Source: Gemmatimonadaceae bacterium
GTDB lineage: Bacteria; Gemmatimonadota; Gemmatimonadetes; Gemmatimonadales; Gemmatimonadaceae
Assembly: GCA_044224875.1 (NCBI GenBank)
Contig: JBGAJQ010000017.1
Span: forward strand, 1-64,000
Direction of reading: 5' to 3'
DNA: 64,000 bases
Every line of letters starts with the position of its first letter. Within the stretch, counting starts at the first letter, position 1. Under the pieces are notes generated by a model. That model ran no database searches. It saw only the letters and a program-made list of their open reading frames with translations, and was not told the origin of the DNA. Positions 18,783-29,013 of the stretch are shown piece by piece. The position numbers and the translations under genes were made by a program.

Positions 18783-21700
18783 TGCCGTGGCCGGTCGCCG
18801 CGCTCGCTAGTGGGCTGTTGGTCGCCAGCGCCGGCGTGGTGACGGGACAGGCGACCACACGGATGTTGGACGGCTTTGAGAAGGTGTCCGACTGGACCGC
18901 CGTTCCCAGTGACGGCGCCACGATGAAGCTCTCGGCGGCACCCGGACGACATGGGCAGTCACTGCGCATCGACTTCGACTTGACCGGTGGCGGCTACGTC
19001 ATCGTCCGGCGGACTCTCGATCTTACGCTGCCGACCAACTACGAGTTCGGACTCCAGGTGCGTGGTAGGGCTCGCCGGAACAACCTCGAGTTCAAGCTCG
19101 TGGATCCTTCCGGCGAGAACGTGTGGTGGTCGAACCAGCGGCGTTTTGCGTTTCCCGCGCAGTGGCAGCAGATGATCCGGAAGCGGCGGCATATCTCCTT
19201 CGCGTGGGGCCCAGCCGGCGGTGGCCAGCTCGAACGCGTTGGCGCAATTGAGCTGGCGATCACGGCCGGCGACGGAGGACGAGGGACCGTCTGGCTGGAC
19301 GACCTGACGATCACCACACTGCCAGACCCCCCTGCGACCACACCGCCCGTCATCGCGAGTGGCGCCTCGAGCCCAGCCAACCCAGCGCCGGCCTCCGTCG
19401 ATGGCGACTCCTCCACGGCCTGGCGATCGCCAAACCCGACCGGATCGCTTCTCCTGGACCTCGGCGTCGTGCGGGAGTTCGGTGGCCTCACCATTGTCTG
19501 GGCCGACGGAAAGCCCCCGGCGCGCGCCGACGTCGAGGCGTCCCGGGATGGGCGCACATGGCAGCGACTCGGGCAACTGACGGCGCCATGGGGTCCCGCG
19601 TCGAACCTTTGGCTCCCGGAGTCCGACGCGCGCTACCTCCGACTCACAGTGAGGTCTCGGGCTGCTCTGCCCGGGATCTCAGAGGTGGCGGTTCGGCCCC
19701 TGACTTGGGCCGAGTCGCCTAACGACTTCGCCGTTGTCGTGGCCCGCGCGGCGCCGCGGGGCATTTTCCCCCGCGCGATCTCCGGGGAGCCCTCCTATTG
19801 GACTGCCTTTGGAGCCGATCGCGACTCATCGGAAGCCTTGTTGAACACGGACGGGGTCATCGAGCCGTTCAGTGGGGGCTTCTCCCTCGAGCCCTTGGTA
19901 ACGATCGAAGGACGAACGTACACTTGGGCGAGCGTGTCGCATACCACATTTCTTGAAGGCCAGCTGCTGCCCTTCCCCGTGAGTCGTTGGGAGGCGCCAG
20001 GCTGGACCCTCGATGTAGCGCCGTTCGCGCCCGCGACCGACCGCTCGGCGACCATCTATGCGCGGTACATACTGCGAAACCGGTCGGCCACGCCGCTATC
20101 CGCGTCGCTAGGCATTGCCCTCCGGCCCTTCCAGGTGAACCCGCCGTGGCAGTTTCTGCAGACCCCGGGTGGCATTTCGGAGATTCATCGGATTTCTCGA
20201 CGCGGTACACAGCTCACGATAAACGGCGACCGCCAGCTCCAACTCCTGACTGCTCCGTCGTCCATCTCGGTGAGTACGTACGATCGCGGCGACATCGTGG
20301 CGCGGCGGCTGGCGAACGACGTGGTGCGCGGAGACTCGGTGAGCGATCCCAGCGGACGCGCGTCTGCCCTGCTCGGCTACGACCTGCTCGTCGCCCCGGG
20401 TGACTCGCAAGTCGTCGTGCTCGCTGCTCCGTCGGCTCCGACATCCGCCGCTCTGCCGCTCGCGGCGATCGACTCGGTGCGCCAACACGCGATGGCGTGG
20501 TGGACCGCGCAACTGAACGAGCCGCTCTTTGCCCTGCCGGACGAGGCCCAACCGCTGCTTGCAACCCTTCGCGCGTCCCTTGCCTCTATCCTGTTGATGC
20601 GCGACGGCTCCGCACTGCGTCCCGGAGCACGATCGTACGCACGGTCGTGGATTCGAGACGGCGCCATGATGTCCGCCGCACTCCTGCGCGCGGGAATGGC
20701 CGACGTCGTGCGCACCTACGCCGACTGGTACGCACCCTTCCAGTACGCCAACGGGAAGATCCCGTGTTGTGTGGACGATCGGGGCGCCGACCCAGTACCT
20801 GAGCACGACTCGCACGGCGAGTTCATCTACCTGATCGCCGAATACGTCCGCTACACCGGGGATCGTGCCTTTGCGGTTAGGCACTGGCCAGCGGTCGTTC
20901 GAGCCATGCAGTACATCGGCCAACTGCGGGCGCAACGTCTCACCCCGGAGTTCCGCAACGGACCGTACTACGGAATCATGCCGCCATCAATCAGCCACGA
21001 AGGGTACTCGGCCAAGCCGATGCACTCGTATTGGGATGACTTCTGGACCATGCGTGGCCTGAAGGACGCCGCGTGGCTTTCCGAATGGTTAGGCACCCCC
21101 GAGGCGAACGAGTACCGAGACGTGAGGGACGCCGTCCGGACCGATCTGGGCAACTCCATACAGCGATCCATGCAGCTGCATCGGGTGCCGTACATCCCCG
21201 GCGCGGCTGACCTTGGAGATTTTGATGCGACATCCACCACCATTGCCGTCTCGCCAGTAGACGAGCTGGGGTACCTCCCGGCAGAGGCCGTCGACTCCAC
21301 CTTCGACCGCTTCTACCAGTTCTTTCGCGCGCGACGCGACGGACAGCTGGCGTGGGAGAACTACACGCCCTACGAACTTCGCCTGATGGGGACCATGATC
21401 AGGCTTGGGTATCGCGATCGGGCGATGGAGCTGGCGGAGTACTACCTGAAGGACCAACGCCCATCTGGCTGGCGACAGTGGGCGGAGGTGGTCTGGCGCG
21501 ATTCCACCGCGACGCGCTTCATCGGGGACCTGCCGCATGCGTGGGTCGCATCGGATTTCGTGCGTTCATTCTTTGATGTCTTTGCCTTCGAGCGCGAGCG
21601 TGACCGGACCTTGATCCTTGGCGCGGGCATTCCGGCGAAATGGCTGGACAGTCGTCAGCCCGTGTCGGTGCGTGGCCTGCGCACCCAGTACGGTGTGGTG

Positions 21701-21922
21701 GACCTGACGCTGCAACGAATGGGCGATGTCGTGGAGGTCAGCGTGTCGGTCGCGAGCTTGCCGCCTAGCGGCCTCGTGTTGGCCCTTCCCTTCGAGGTGC
21801 TTGGCGAGACGTTCCGTGATCCGGCCGGACGCGTCATCGCCGAGCGGTCGGGTTCCACGCTTCGACTGCTGCAACCGGCCACAACCCTGACCGTCCCGAT
21901 CCGGGACTCACGCCATCGTTAG
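18779..21922 (+). CDS. Secreted discoidin (F5/8, CBM32-like) domain protein with C-terminal (alpha/alpha)6 glycosidase-like domain
   Basis: Signal peptide; galactose-binding-like N-domain; ASVDGDSSTAWRS...LDLG..REFGGL (F5/8); YARSWIRDGA, PEHDSHGEF, SISHEGYSAKPMHSYWDDFW, DLPHAWVASDF. Confidence 0.75.
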   Translation: MMPWPVAALASGLLVASAGVVTGQATTRMLDGFEKVSDWTAVPSDGATMKLSAAPGRHGQSLRIDFDLTGGGYVIVRRTLDLTLPTNYEFGLQVRGRARRNNLEFKLVDPSGENVWWSNQRRFAFPAQWQQMIRKRRHISFAWGPAGGGQLERVGAIELAITAGDGGRGTVWLDDLTITTLPDPPATTPPVIASGASSPANPAPASVDGDSSTAWRSPNPTGSLLLDLGVVREFGGLTIVWADGKPPARADVEASRDGRTWQRLGQLTAPWGPASNLWLPESDARYLRLTVRSRAALPGISEVAVRPLTWAESPNDFAVVVARAAPRGIFPRAISGEPSYWTAFGADRDSSEALLNTDGVIEPFSGGFSLEPLVTIEGRTYTWASVSHTTFLEGQLLPFPVSRWEAPGWTLDVAPFAPATDRSATIYARYILRNRSATPLSASLGIALRPFQVNPPWQFLQTPGGISEIHRISRRGTQLTINGDRQLQLLTAPSSISVSTYDRGDIVARRLANDVVRGDSVSDPSGRASALLGYDLLVAPGDSQVVVLAAPSAPTSAALPLAAIDSVRQHAMAWWTAQLNEPLFALPDEAQPLLATLRASLASILLMRDGSALRPGARSYARSWIRDGAMMSAALLRAGMADVVRTYADWYAPFQYANGKIPCCVDDRGADPVPEHDSHGEFIYLIAEYVRYTGDRAFAVRHWPAVVRAMQYIGQLRAQRLTPEFRNGPYYGIMPPSISHEGYSAKPMHSYWDDFWTMRGLKDAAWLSEWLGTPEANEYRDVRDAVRTDLGNSIQRSMQLHRVPYIPGAADLGDFDATSTTIAVSPVDELGYLPAEAVDSTFDRFYQFFRARRDGQLAWENYTPYELRLMGTMIRLGYRDRAMELAEYYLKDQRPSGWRQWAEVVWRDSTATRFIGDLPHAWVASDFVRSFFDVFAFERERDRTLILGAGIPAKWLDSRQPVSVRGLRTQYGVVDLTLQRMGDVVEVSVSVASLPPSGLVLALPFEVLGETFRDPAGRVIAERSGSTLRLLQPATTLTVPIRDSRHR

Positions 21923-23289
21923 GTATGCGCGCCCGGAACGGTGCAGAGGTTCGCCCCACGCGACCGAATGACGTCTCGATAGTACAACGCACTGGCCTTT
22001 GGCGTGCGTTCCATCGTTTCGTAGTCCACGTGCACGATCCCGAACCGTTTGGAGTAGCCGAGGCTCCACTCGAAGTTGTCCAGCAGGGACCAGGCGAAGT
22101 ACCCGCGCACGTCTACGCCAAGCGCACGCGCGTCCAGCACGGCGCGCAGGTGAGACCGGAAGTAGTCGACGCGAAGTGGATCTTCCACGCGGCCATTCAA
22201 AGCGCGCGGTGGATCGTAGAAGGCCGCGCCATTCTCCGTGATGTACAACGGAATGGGGCCGTAACGCTCCTTCAGGCTCGTCAGCAACGTGGTCAGCGCC
22301 GGCGCATGCACTTCCCAGCCCGTTTCAGTGTAGGTGTGGCCACGCTGCCGGACGTTGCGGGAGTGAACGGGCCAAGCGTCTGGGGCGTGTGCCGTCACGC
22401 CGCGAGTGTAATAGTTGATTCCAACGAAATCGATCGGCTGCGCCATGAGGGCAAAGTCGGCCGGTGCGAATTCCGGCCAGGCCGACCCGAAGATCTCCCT
22501 CATTTCGTCCGGATACTTTCCCAGCAGGATCGCGTCCAGGTACTGACGATTCATGTACGCATCGGCGCGCCGCGTAGCGGCGATGTCTTCGGGGCGTTCG
22601 GACGCAGCGACCTTGGGCTCCAGGTTCACCACCATTCCGATCTGCTTCACAGCGGCGGCCCTCGCCGCCTGGACGGCAGCGCCGTGGGCACGCATCAAGT
22701 TGTTCGTCGCGAGGGGCGTCTCGAACAGGTTCTTATGACCGGGCGCCAACGCGCCGTGCAGGTACCCGCCGTCAGTCACAACCCACGGTTCGTTCAGCGT
22801 CGCCCACATCGCCACCCGGTCACCCAACGCGCGATACATGACGTCGGCATAGTCTGCGAACCAGCTGGCGATGTCGCGATTCAACCATCCGCCGCGGTCA
22901 TCGAGCGCAGCCGGCAAGTCCCAGTGATACAGTGTGACATTCGGCGCCATCCCGGCGCTCAGCAGCTCGTCCACCAACCGACGGTAGTGGTCCAGCCCGC
23001 GCTCATTGATGTGCCCTGTGCCGGACGGCAGGATCCGAGACCACGAAATGCTGAATCGATAGGCGTTGAAATTGAGGTCGCGCATGAGCGCGACATCTGC
23101 CGCGTAGCGACGGTAGTGATCACAGGCAATGTCACCCGTCTCTCCGCCAGCCGTCAGCCCGGGCGTATGAACAAAGCGATGCCAGATGCTGGCACCGGCC
23201 CCATCAGCCAACGGCGATCCTTCGATCTGATACGCCGACGTGGCGGCACCCCACAGGAAGTTCTCGGGAAAAAGCGGGATATCACTCAT
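21919..23289 (-). CDS. GH1 beta-glucosidase
   Basis: [29 protein letters not shown] (acid/base), YITENG (nucleophile), [15 protein letters not shown]. Confidence 0.97.
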   Translation of the reverse strand: MSDIPLFPENFLWGAATSAYQIEGSPLADGAGASIWHRFVHTPGLTAGGETGDIACDHYRRYAADVALMRDLNFNAYRFSISWSRILPSGTGHINERGLDHYRRLVDELLSAGMAPNVTLYHWDLPAALDDRGGWLNRDIASWFADYADVMYRALGDRVAMWATLNEPWVVTDGGYLHGALAPGHKNLFETPLATNNLMRAHGAAVQAARAAAVKQIGMVVNLEPKVAASERPEDIAATRRADAYMNRQYLDAILLGKYPDEMREIFGSAWPEFAPADFALMAQPIDFVGINYYTRGVTAHAPDAWPVHSRNVRQRGHTYTETGWEVHAPALTTLLTSLKERYGPIPLYITENGAAFYDPPRALNGRVEDPLRVDYFRSHLRAVLDARALGVDVRGYFAWSLLDNFEWSLGYSKRFGIVHVDYETMERTPKASALYYRDVIRSRGANLCTVPGAHT

Positions 23290-23303
23290 ACAGGCAGCAG
23301 ATC

Positions 23304-24410
23304 ATGGCACGCGTACGTCTCGTAGGAGTCAGCAAAATATACCAGAAAGAGGGCGGCGTTGCGGCCGTCAGCGGCGTCGACCTGGATGTCGCCCATGGCG
23401 AGTTCGTCGTGCTGGTTGGTCCCTCAGGCTGCGGCAAGAGTACCACCCTTCGCATGATCGCTGGTCTCGAGACGATCTCCTCGGGCGATCTCTTCATCGA
23501 CGACCGTCGCGTCAACGATGTGTCCCCGGACGCGCGCGATATTGCCATGGTCTTTCAGAACTATGCGCTGTATCCGCACATGACGGTGCGGCAAAATCTC
23601 GCCTTCGCCCTCCAGCTCCGCAAAGCACCGCCTGCCGAGATTGCGCGCCGCGTCACCGAAGCGGCTGGCATCCTCGGCATTGAATCACTGCTCGATCGCC
23701 GACCGAAACAGCTCTCGGGTGGGCAACGGCAGCGAGTGGCCGTGGGGCGCGCCATCGTGCGCGAGCCGCGCGCGTTCCTCTTCGACGAGCCACTGTCAAA
23801 CCTGGACGCTGCTCTCCGGGTACAAATGCGACGCGAGATCGCACGAATCCATCGCCGCTTGGCCGCGACCATGATTTACGTCACCCACGATCAGGTCGAG
23901 GCCATGACACTGGGCGACCGCATCGTCGTGATGCATGGCGGGCGAATCATGCAGGTCGGCACACCCTCCGAGCTGTACGACCGGCCGGCCAACCGATTCG
24001 TGGCCGGCTTCATCGGAACTCCCTCGATGTCGTTCATTGAAGGTGTCTACGACGCTGACCGAAGGACGTTCGGCGCCGCTGCGCTTGGCACGGTGTCGCA
24101 ACCCATGCCTAACGGCATTGCGTCGGCCATGAGCCGCTCGACTACCGGTCGCGTGCATATAGGCGTGAGGCCTGAACACGTTTCGATCACTCCGCCGGCC
24201 GATCCCGGACACGCGCTGCGCGTGACACTCCCCACGGACTTGGTGGAAAGCATCGGGAGCGAGTGTTACGCCTACTTCGTGCTGGGGCCCACGCACCTCG
24301 TGGCCCGCTGCCAACCCGCCGATGCGCCGGTCGCTGGGGCATCCGCCGACGCCTGGATCGACTTGCGATACGTCCACTGCTTCGACGCGACGAATGGCGA
24401 GCGATTGTAA
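23304..24410 (+). CDS. Sugar ABC transporter ATP-binding subunit (MalK/MsiK type)
   Basis: Walker [43 protein letters not shown]. Confidence 0.96.
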   Translation: MARVRLVGVSKIYQKEGGVAAVSGVDLDVAHGEFVVLVGPSGCGKSTTLRMIAGLETISSGDLFIDDRRVNDVSPDARDIAMVFQNYALYPHMTVRQNLAFALQLRKAPPAEIARRVTEAAGILGIESLLDRRPKQLSGGQRQRVAVGRAIVREPRAFLFDEPLSNLDAALRVQMRREIARIHRRLAATMIYVTHDQVEAMTLGDRIVVMHGGRIMQVGTPSELYDRPANRFVAGFIGTPSMSFIEGVYDADRRTFGAAALGTVSQPMPNGIASAMSRSTTGRVHIGVRPEHVSITPPADPGHALRVTLPTDLVESIGSECYAYFVLGPTHLVARCQPADAPVAGASADAWIDLRYVHCFDATNGERL

Positions 24411-24491
24411 GCTCCTGACTGCGGACCAACGACCTACCGTGGAGCGTCTTTTTGCGGCGGCAGCCGCGCCCGCCATTGCCTGATGCGGCGC

Positions 24492-25199
24492 CTAACGTGG
24501 ACCTCGTCCACCGAACCCACTCACCGAACTGATCCGAACGTAAATCGGCTGACGAATGGCATCGAATCCCCTCGCGGTTCGGCTCTGTAGGTTGCCATCC
24601 TGGAACTGGTACAGCACGGAGTCGAGCCGGACGTTCCAGCGCCACTGTTCAACGGAAATCGCCAATCGATTTCGACCAAACCTGGGCAGCACCTCCACGC
24701 CATAGAACACCGGCAGCACAGGTTTGAAGGGCACCGCGGCAGCTCCACCAAAGAAACGCACGCGGAGCCGCGACGCATCGATGGCGTCCAGCGACACTAC
24801 CCCCGCGACGTCCAAGTACGAGTATTGCGGAACGTTGCTCGTTGGCTCCGTGCGAGTGACGGAGGAGCTTCCGCTGGGAACGGGTGCCTGCACCGTCTCG
24901 AAGAAACACTTTTCACGCTTGAACGGGTTGCCGTACACGAGGTCTCCGCGAATCCCCAGCGATAGTCGGGGCGCGAAGCCACGGTTCATCGCCGTTCCAA
25001 CGTGCATTGACACCTGCGATCCGCAGCGCTGCGCGTTGAACTCTCGCGGTGCAGACCAGCTGGCGCCAACGCCAATCCACGATTCTCGCGGGGGAACTGG
25101 CCCACCCTGGGCGCCGACCGGAGTCGAGAGCGCCGCCAGACAAGACCCCGCGAAGACAACGTGCCGCAGTCGCCCGGGCGTCGCCGCACCGTGCCGCAT
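24492..25199 (-). CDS. Hypothetical secreted protein, possibly an outer-membrane beta-barrel
   Basis: Signal peptide (VVFAGSCLAALSTPVGAQ) followed by alternating beta-strand-like segments; start uncertain. Confidence 0.55.
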   Translation of the reverse strand: MRHGAATPGRLRHVVFAGSCLAALSTPVGAQGGPVPPRESWIGVGASWSAPREFNAQRCGSQVSMHVGTAMNRGFAPRLSLGIRGDLVYGNPFKREKCFFETVQAPVPSGSSSVTRTEPTSNVPQYSYLDVAGVVSLDAIDASRLRVRFFGGAAAVPFKPVLPVFYGVEVLPRFGRNRLAISVEQWRWNVRLDSVLYQFQDGNLQSRTARGFDAIRQPIYVRISSVSGFGGRGPR

Positions 25200-25288
25200 T
25201 GTGACGCCGGCTGAGTTAGTCCGCCGGACAGGCCGGAACAAAGGGTCGCGCATAATCATCGTATCAACCCGAGGGGTGAAGCTGGTCA

Positions 25289-27718
25289 CTAGGCCGCCGA
25301 GCGAAGGGCGGCGACCGGATCGGTACGCGCGGCGCGCCGCGCCGGGAGGTAACACGCAAGGGCCGCGACCACGAGCACCGCCAGCGAGACCGTGAAATAA
25401 ACCAACGGGTCGCGCGGCGACGTTCCATAGAGTGCACCGGCGATCAGTCGTGTGCCGTACACGGCCGCCGGTACGCCGATGGCCACACCGATCATCGCGA
25501 GCCGCATGCCGTCAGCTACTACCATGCGAGCCAGCGACTCCCGGCTTGCCCCGAGTGCGCCGCGAATCCCCAGCTCGCGAGTACGCTGGCTGACCGCATA
25601 GGCTAACAAGCCGTAGATGCCAAAGACCGCCAATAGCACGCCCACGAGCGCGAACCCCAGGATCTGCACGGCATTGTCCCGCATGCCTCCCAGCTGTTGC
25701 TCGACCTGATCGCGAAGTAGTCCCGTGAACGCCGGTCGGTCGGGAACCTGCCGGATCGTGATCTGGCGGACCGGCGCCAACAACGTCGTGGGATTTCCGA
25801 CAGCTCGAACGAGAAATTGCGGGAACGCCGACGGAGCCTGTCGATAGGGACGATACAGCTCCGGGCCATCTTCGCCGAGCAAAAGATTCGAGGCGCTGGC
25901 CTTGTTGTTCGCCACCACCCCAACGATCGTGACGGGAAGTTCCGCGCCGCCAGTGTCAACACGAACGATCTGGCCCAGCACGTCGCCACTCGGCCACCAG
26001 CGACGGGCCGTCCATTCGTTCACGATCGCCACGGGGAGACCATTCTCCGTGTCTTGAAGCGTGAACTCGCGCCCGCTCCGGACGTGAACACCAACGGTAG
26101 AGAAGTACCCAGGACTCACCGAAACCACCTCGCGCGGAACTTCATTCGCCGCCATCGGCTCGGCATCGCCGGACCTCGTAATCCTCACCTCCCCGCGAGT
26201 CGCCAAAGAAACGGACGCCTGCACCGCCACGCCGGCGGCTCCCGGCACCGTGCGCAGTTCGTCGGCGATGCGCTCCGTCACCGGAACATAGGTCTCTTTC
26301 ACCCGCCATGGGTGCGGATAGCTCGGCACAGTGCGGACGAGTCGCTCCACGCTGAACCCCAAGTTCACCTTCGAGTAGTGCCACTCCGTGCGCGCCAGCA
26401 ACCCCGCACCGACCAGCAGCACCACAGCCACGCTCACCTCGGTCACCACCAGGACGGCCTGCGACACACTCCCGCCGCGCGCGAGTGACTGAGACCCGCG
26501 TCGCAGAAGAGCCTGCGCGTTCACCTGTGAAATCAGTCTGGCGGGAATCACACTCAACAGAACACCGGCGAGTGCCGACACCCCAACGACAAACAGCACG
26601 GCCCCCAGATCGATCCGGTAGTCCATACCGTTCGGACGGAAGGAGGCGAGCGCCGGATGACTCCGAAGCACTCCCAACGACATTGCAGCCAAGGCCAACC
26701 CCCCAATGGCACCTGTTGCGACCAGAACCACGTTCTGCGCCAGCAAATGCTCCACCAACTTTCGCCGCGAGGCGCCCAGGGCCGAACGGAGGGCGAGCTC
26801 CTCCTGCTGTCGCAGCGTTCGCACGAGGAGCAGGTTGGCCAGATTCGCACAGGCGATGAGCAGCACACACCCGACCACCGCGGCGAAGATCACGTCGTGC
26901 GACTGGGTCGCCGCGACATACCGCTCCCGGAGCGAGGACACCGACAGCTTCATCTCCCCGTCATTGGGCCCGAGTGCCCGGAGCGCCGGTGACAGGGCCG
27001 TCAGCTCCGCCTGGAGTTGTTGCGGTGTCTTGCCGCGTGCCAGGCGCGCCAGCACGTTCACCGAGCGAATCGAGGGCCGCGTACTCGGATCCAGGGTGGG
27101 TACTGCCGGGAGCCAGAAGTCCGATCGCACCTCGAACGAAAAACCGGGGGGCATGACACCCACGACCGTGTAGTGCGAGTCGCTGAGTTTCACGTCCCTG
27201 CCGATGATGCTTCGATCGCTGGCGAATTGCGACTGCCATAACCCGTAGCTCAAGACCGTCGCCAGCGGGGCGCCGAGGCGATCGTCGTCTGGCCCAAGTG
27301 AGCGACCGAGCACCGGTTGTGCCTGTAACAGCTCGAACACCTTGGGAGACACCACGCCGCCGTTGAGCAGGAGCGGCTCGCCGCCGGTGGCGAGGGCCTT
27401 GCCGCCTGACGTGAACGCCGCCACGGCGTCGACGGACTGGAACGGATGATCGTGAAGGAGCTGCGCGAACGTCTCGTAGCGTACCTCACAAGCGCCCACA
27501 CAACGACCGGTCGTCCTGCCGCCCGTGGCAATGGGTTCCTCACCGATCAGGACAAGCCGCTCAGGCTCGGGAAAGGGCAGCGCGCGCCAGCGCACCGCGG
27601 AGACCACGCTGTAGGCCGCGGCACTGGCGCCAATCCCCAGCGCCAGCGAAACGATCGCCGTCACTGTGAAACTCGGTGAGCGGCCTAACGAACGGAGGGC
27701 AGAGCGGAGCGGCAACAC
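25289..27718 (-). CDS. Orphan ABC permease with duplicated MacB-PCD/FtsX domains (ADOP-like)
   Basis: RSL.RSP.FT..AI..LALGIGA, VLLIACANLANLLL, R.ALGA; second half AVSQRTRELGIRGALGA, PARRAARTDP..ALR. Confidence 0.9.
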   Translation of the reverse strand: MLPLRSALRSLGRSPSFTVTAIVSLALGIGASAAAYSVVSAVRWRALPFPEPERLVLIGEEPIATGGRTTGRCVGACEVRYETFAQLLHDHPFQSVDAVAAFTSGGKALATGGEPLLLNGGVVSPKVFELLQAQPVLGRSLGPDDDRLGAPLATVLSYGLWQSQFASDRSIIGRDVKLSDSHYTVVGVMPPGFSFEVRSDFWLPAVPTLDPSTRPSIRSVNVLARLARGKTPQQLQAELTALSPALRALGPNDGEMKLSVSSLRERYVAATQSHDVIFAAVVGCVLLIACANLANLLLVRTLRQQEELALRSALGASRRKLVEHLLAQNVVLVATGAIGGLALAAMSLGVLRSHPALASFRPNGMDYRIDLGAVLFVVGVSALAGVLLSVIPARLISQVNAQALLRRGSQSLARGGSVSQAVLVVTEVSVAVVLLVGAGLLARTEWHYSKVNLGFSVERLVRTVPSYPHPWRVKETYVPVTERIADELRTVPGAAGVAVQASVSLATRGEVRITRSGDAEPMAANEVPREVVSVSPGYFSTVGVHVRSGREFTLQDTENGLPVAIVNEWTARRWWPSGDVLGQIVRVDTGGAELPVTIVGVVANNKASASNLLLGEDGPELYRPYRQAPSAFPQFLVRAVGNPTTLLAPVRQITIRQVPDRPAFTGLLRDQVEQQLGGMRDNAVQILGFALVGVLLAVFGIYGLLAYAVSQRTRELGIRGALGASRESLARMVVADGMRLAMIGVAIGVPAAVYGTRLIAGALYGTSPRDPLVYFTVSLAVLVVAALACYLPARRAARTDPVAALRSAA

Positions 27719-28939
27719 CTATGGAAGGCGTCCGTACTTCTTCATCGCCGCCAACATGCGATCGACGGGCATTGCATAGATGCGCAGGTCATTGGCACCG
27801 GTCGTCGTTTCGGCCGCCAGCAAGGCGTTGGTAATCGCTGCCTCGGTCGCCTGAGCCGTTGCCTGAAAGAGCGGCGAGATCCGGTCGTTGGCCAACATCT
27901 GCAGCGACTTCACGGGTGGATCGTCGAACCACGCGCGTGGATTCGCCGTTGAGAACGCGATGAAGATGTCGCCGGAGCCGTTGCCACCGAATCCCCCCTG
28001 GCGGCCGATGCCTAACGATACTCGCGTCGCAATGCGCTTGAGCTGGTGCGGCAGGAGCGGCGCGTCGGTGGCTACCACCACGATGATCGAACCCAGCTCC
28101 GGAGCGTCGTCCCGGGCATCGCCGCCACTCGGCGTGTCGCAATGCCTGCGCGGCGACGCGGCCGGCAGGGGATCGCTGTTGGCGATGCAACCGAGCAGGT
28201 CGGGGATCTCTTCGCCAACCGGCACGCCGGCGATGCGCAGGTCGCGTCGCGATCCGTAGTTGCACTGCACCAATACGCCTACCGTATAGCCACCCTGCGC
28301 CTCAGGCAGCTTTCGCGACGCCGTCCCGATCCCGCCCTTGAAGCCATGACACACCATACCGGTCCCACCGCCAACGGCCCCTTCCTTCGGCACACCGCCG
28401 GCAGCTCCATCAAGTGCCGCCGCGACGTGTTCCGGCTTCACATGAAACCCGTTGATGTCGTTGAGCCCCCCATCGTACGTCTCGGCGACCACCGGCAGCC
28501 ACCACGGCTGCAACGCATTCTTCTGCGCGTTCTCCCACTGGATGATGGCGTCACGGACCACACCCACACTGTGGGTGTTGGTGATGGCAATCGGACCCTC
28601 CAGTAACCCGCTCTCCTGCACCCACGTCGTGCCGGTCATCTCACCGTTGCCATTGAGCGTGAACCAGGCGGCGAACACGGGATCAGGGTTCGACTTTCCC
28701 CTCGGGTGTACCACCGTCACCCCGGTGCGAACCGGGCCCTTGCCCACGACCAGCTTGCCGCTGCCGGCGATGATGGTGGTGGACCCCACCTCGACACCTG
28801 CAACGTCCGTGATGGCGTCGAGTGGACCCGGCGTCCCACCGATAGGAAGCTTGAGGTCACGTTCGCGCGGCTTTTGAGCCAACGACGATGTGGAGGCGGC
28901 TAAACAGGCCGCGAGCGTGCAGATCAGGGCGGTGCGCAT
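27719..28939 (-). CDS. DmpA-like (peptidase family P1/S58) aminopeptidase with signal peptide
   Basis: AITDVAGVEVG, RTGVT, LPVVAETYDG.LNDI, GAVGGGTGM.C.GFKGGIGTASR, autoproteolysis site G/SIIVVVATDAPL, SGDIFIAFST. Confidence 0.9.
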   Translation of the reverse strand: MRTALICTLAACLAASTSSLAQKPRERDLKLPIGGTPGPLDAITDVAGVEVGSTTIIAGSGKLVVGKGPVRTGVTVVHPRGKSNPDPVFAAWFTLNGNGEMTGTTWVQESGLLEGPIAITNTHSVGVVRDAIIQWENAQKNALQPWWLPVVAETYDGGLNDINGFHVKPEHVAAALDGAAGGVPKEGAVGGGTGMVCHGFKGGIGTASRKLPEAQGGYTVGVLVQCNYGSRRDLRIAGVPVGEEIPDLLGCIANSDPLPAASPRRHCDTPSGGDARDDAPELGSIIVVVATDAPLLPHQLKRIATRVSLGIGRQGGFGGNGSGDIFIAFSTANPRAWFDDPPVKSLQMLANDRISPLFQATAQATEAAITNALLAAETTTGANDLRIYAMPVDRMLAAMKKYGRLP

Positions 28940-29013
28940 GCGAAGGACCCGGGGCAAAGGGTGGTCGACCGTCAGAAATAGGCCGCCAAAGCCGTCGCCG
29001 CGCCAGCCAAGGC

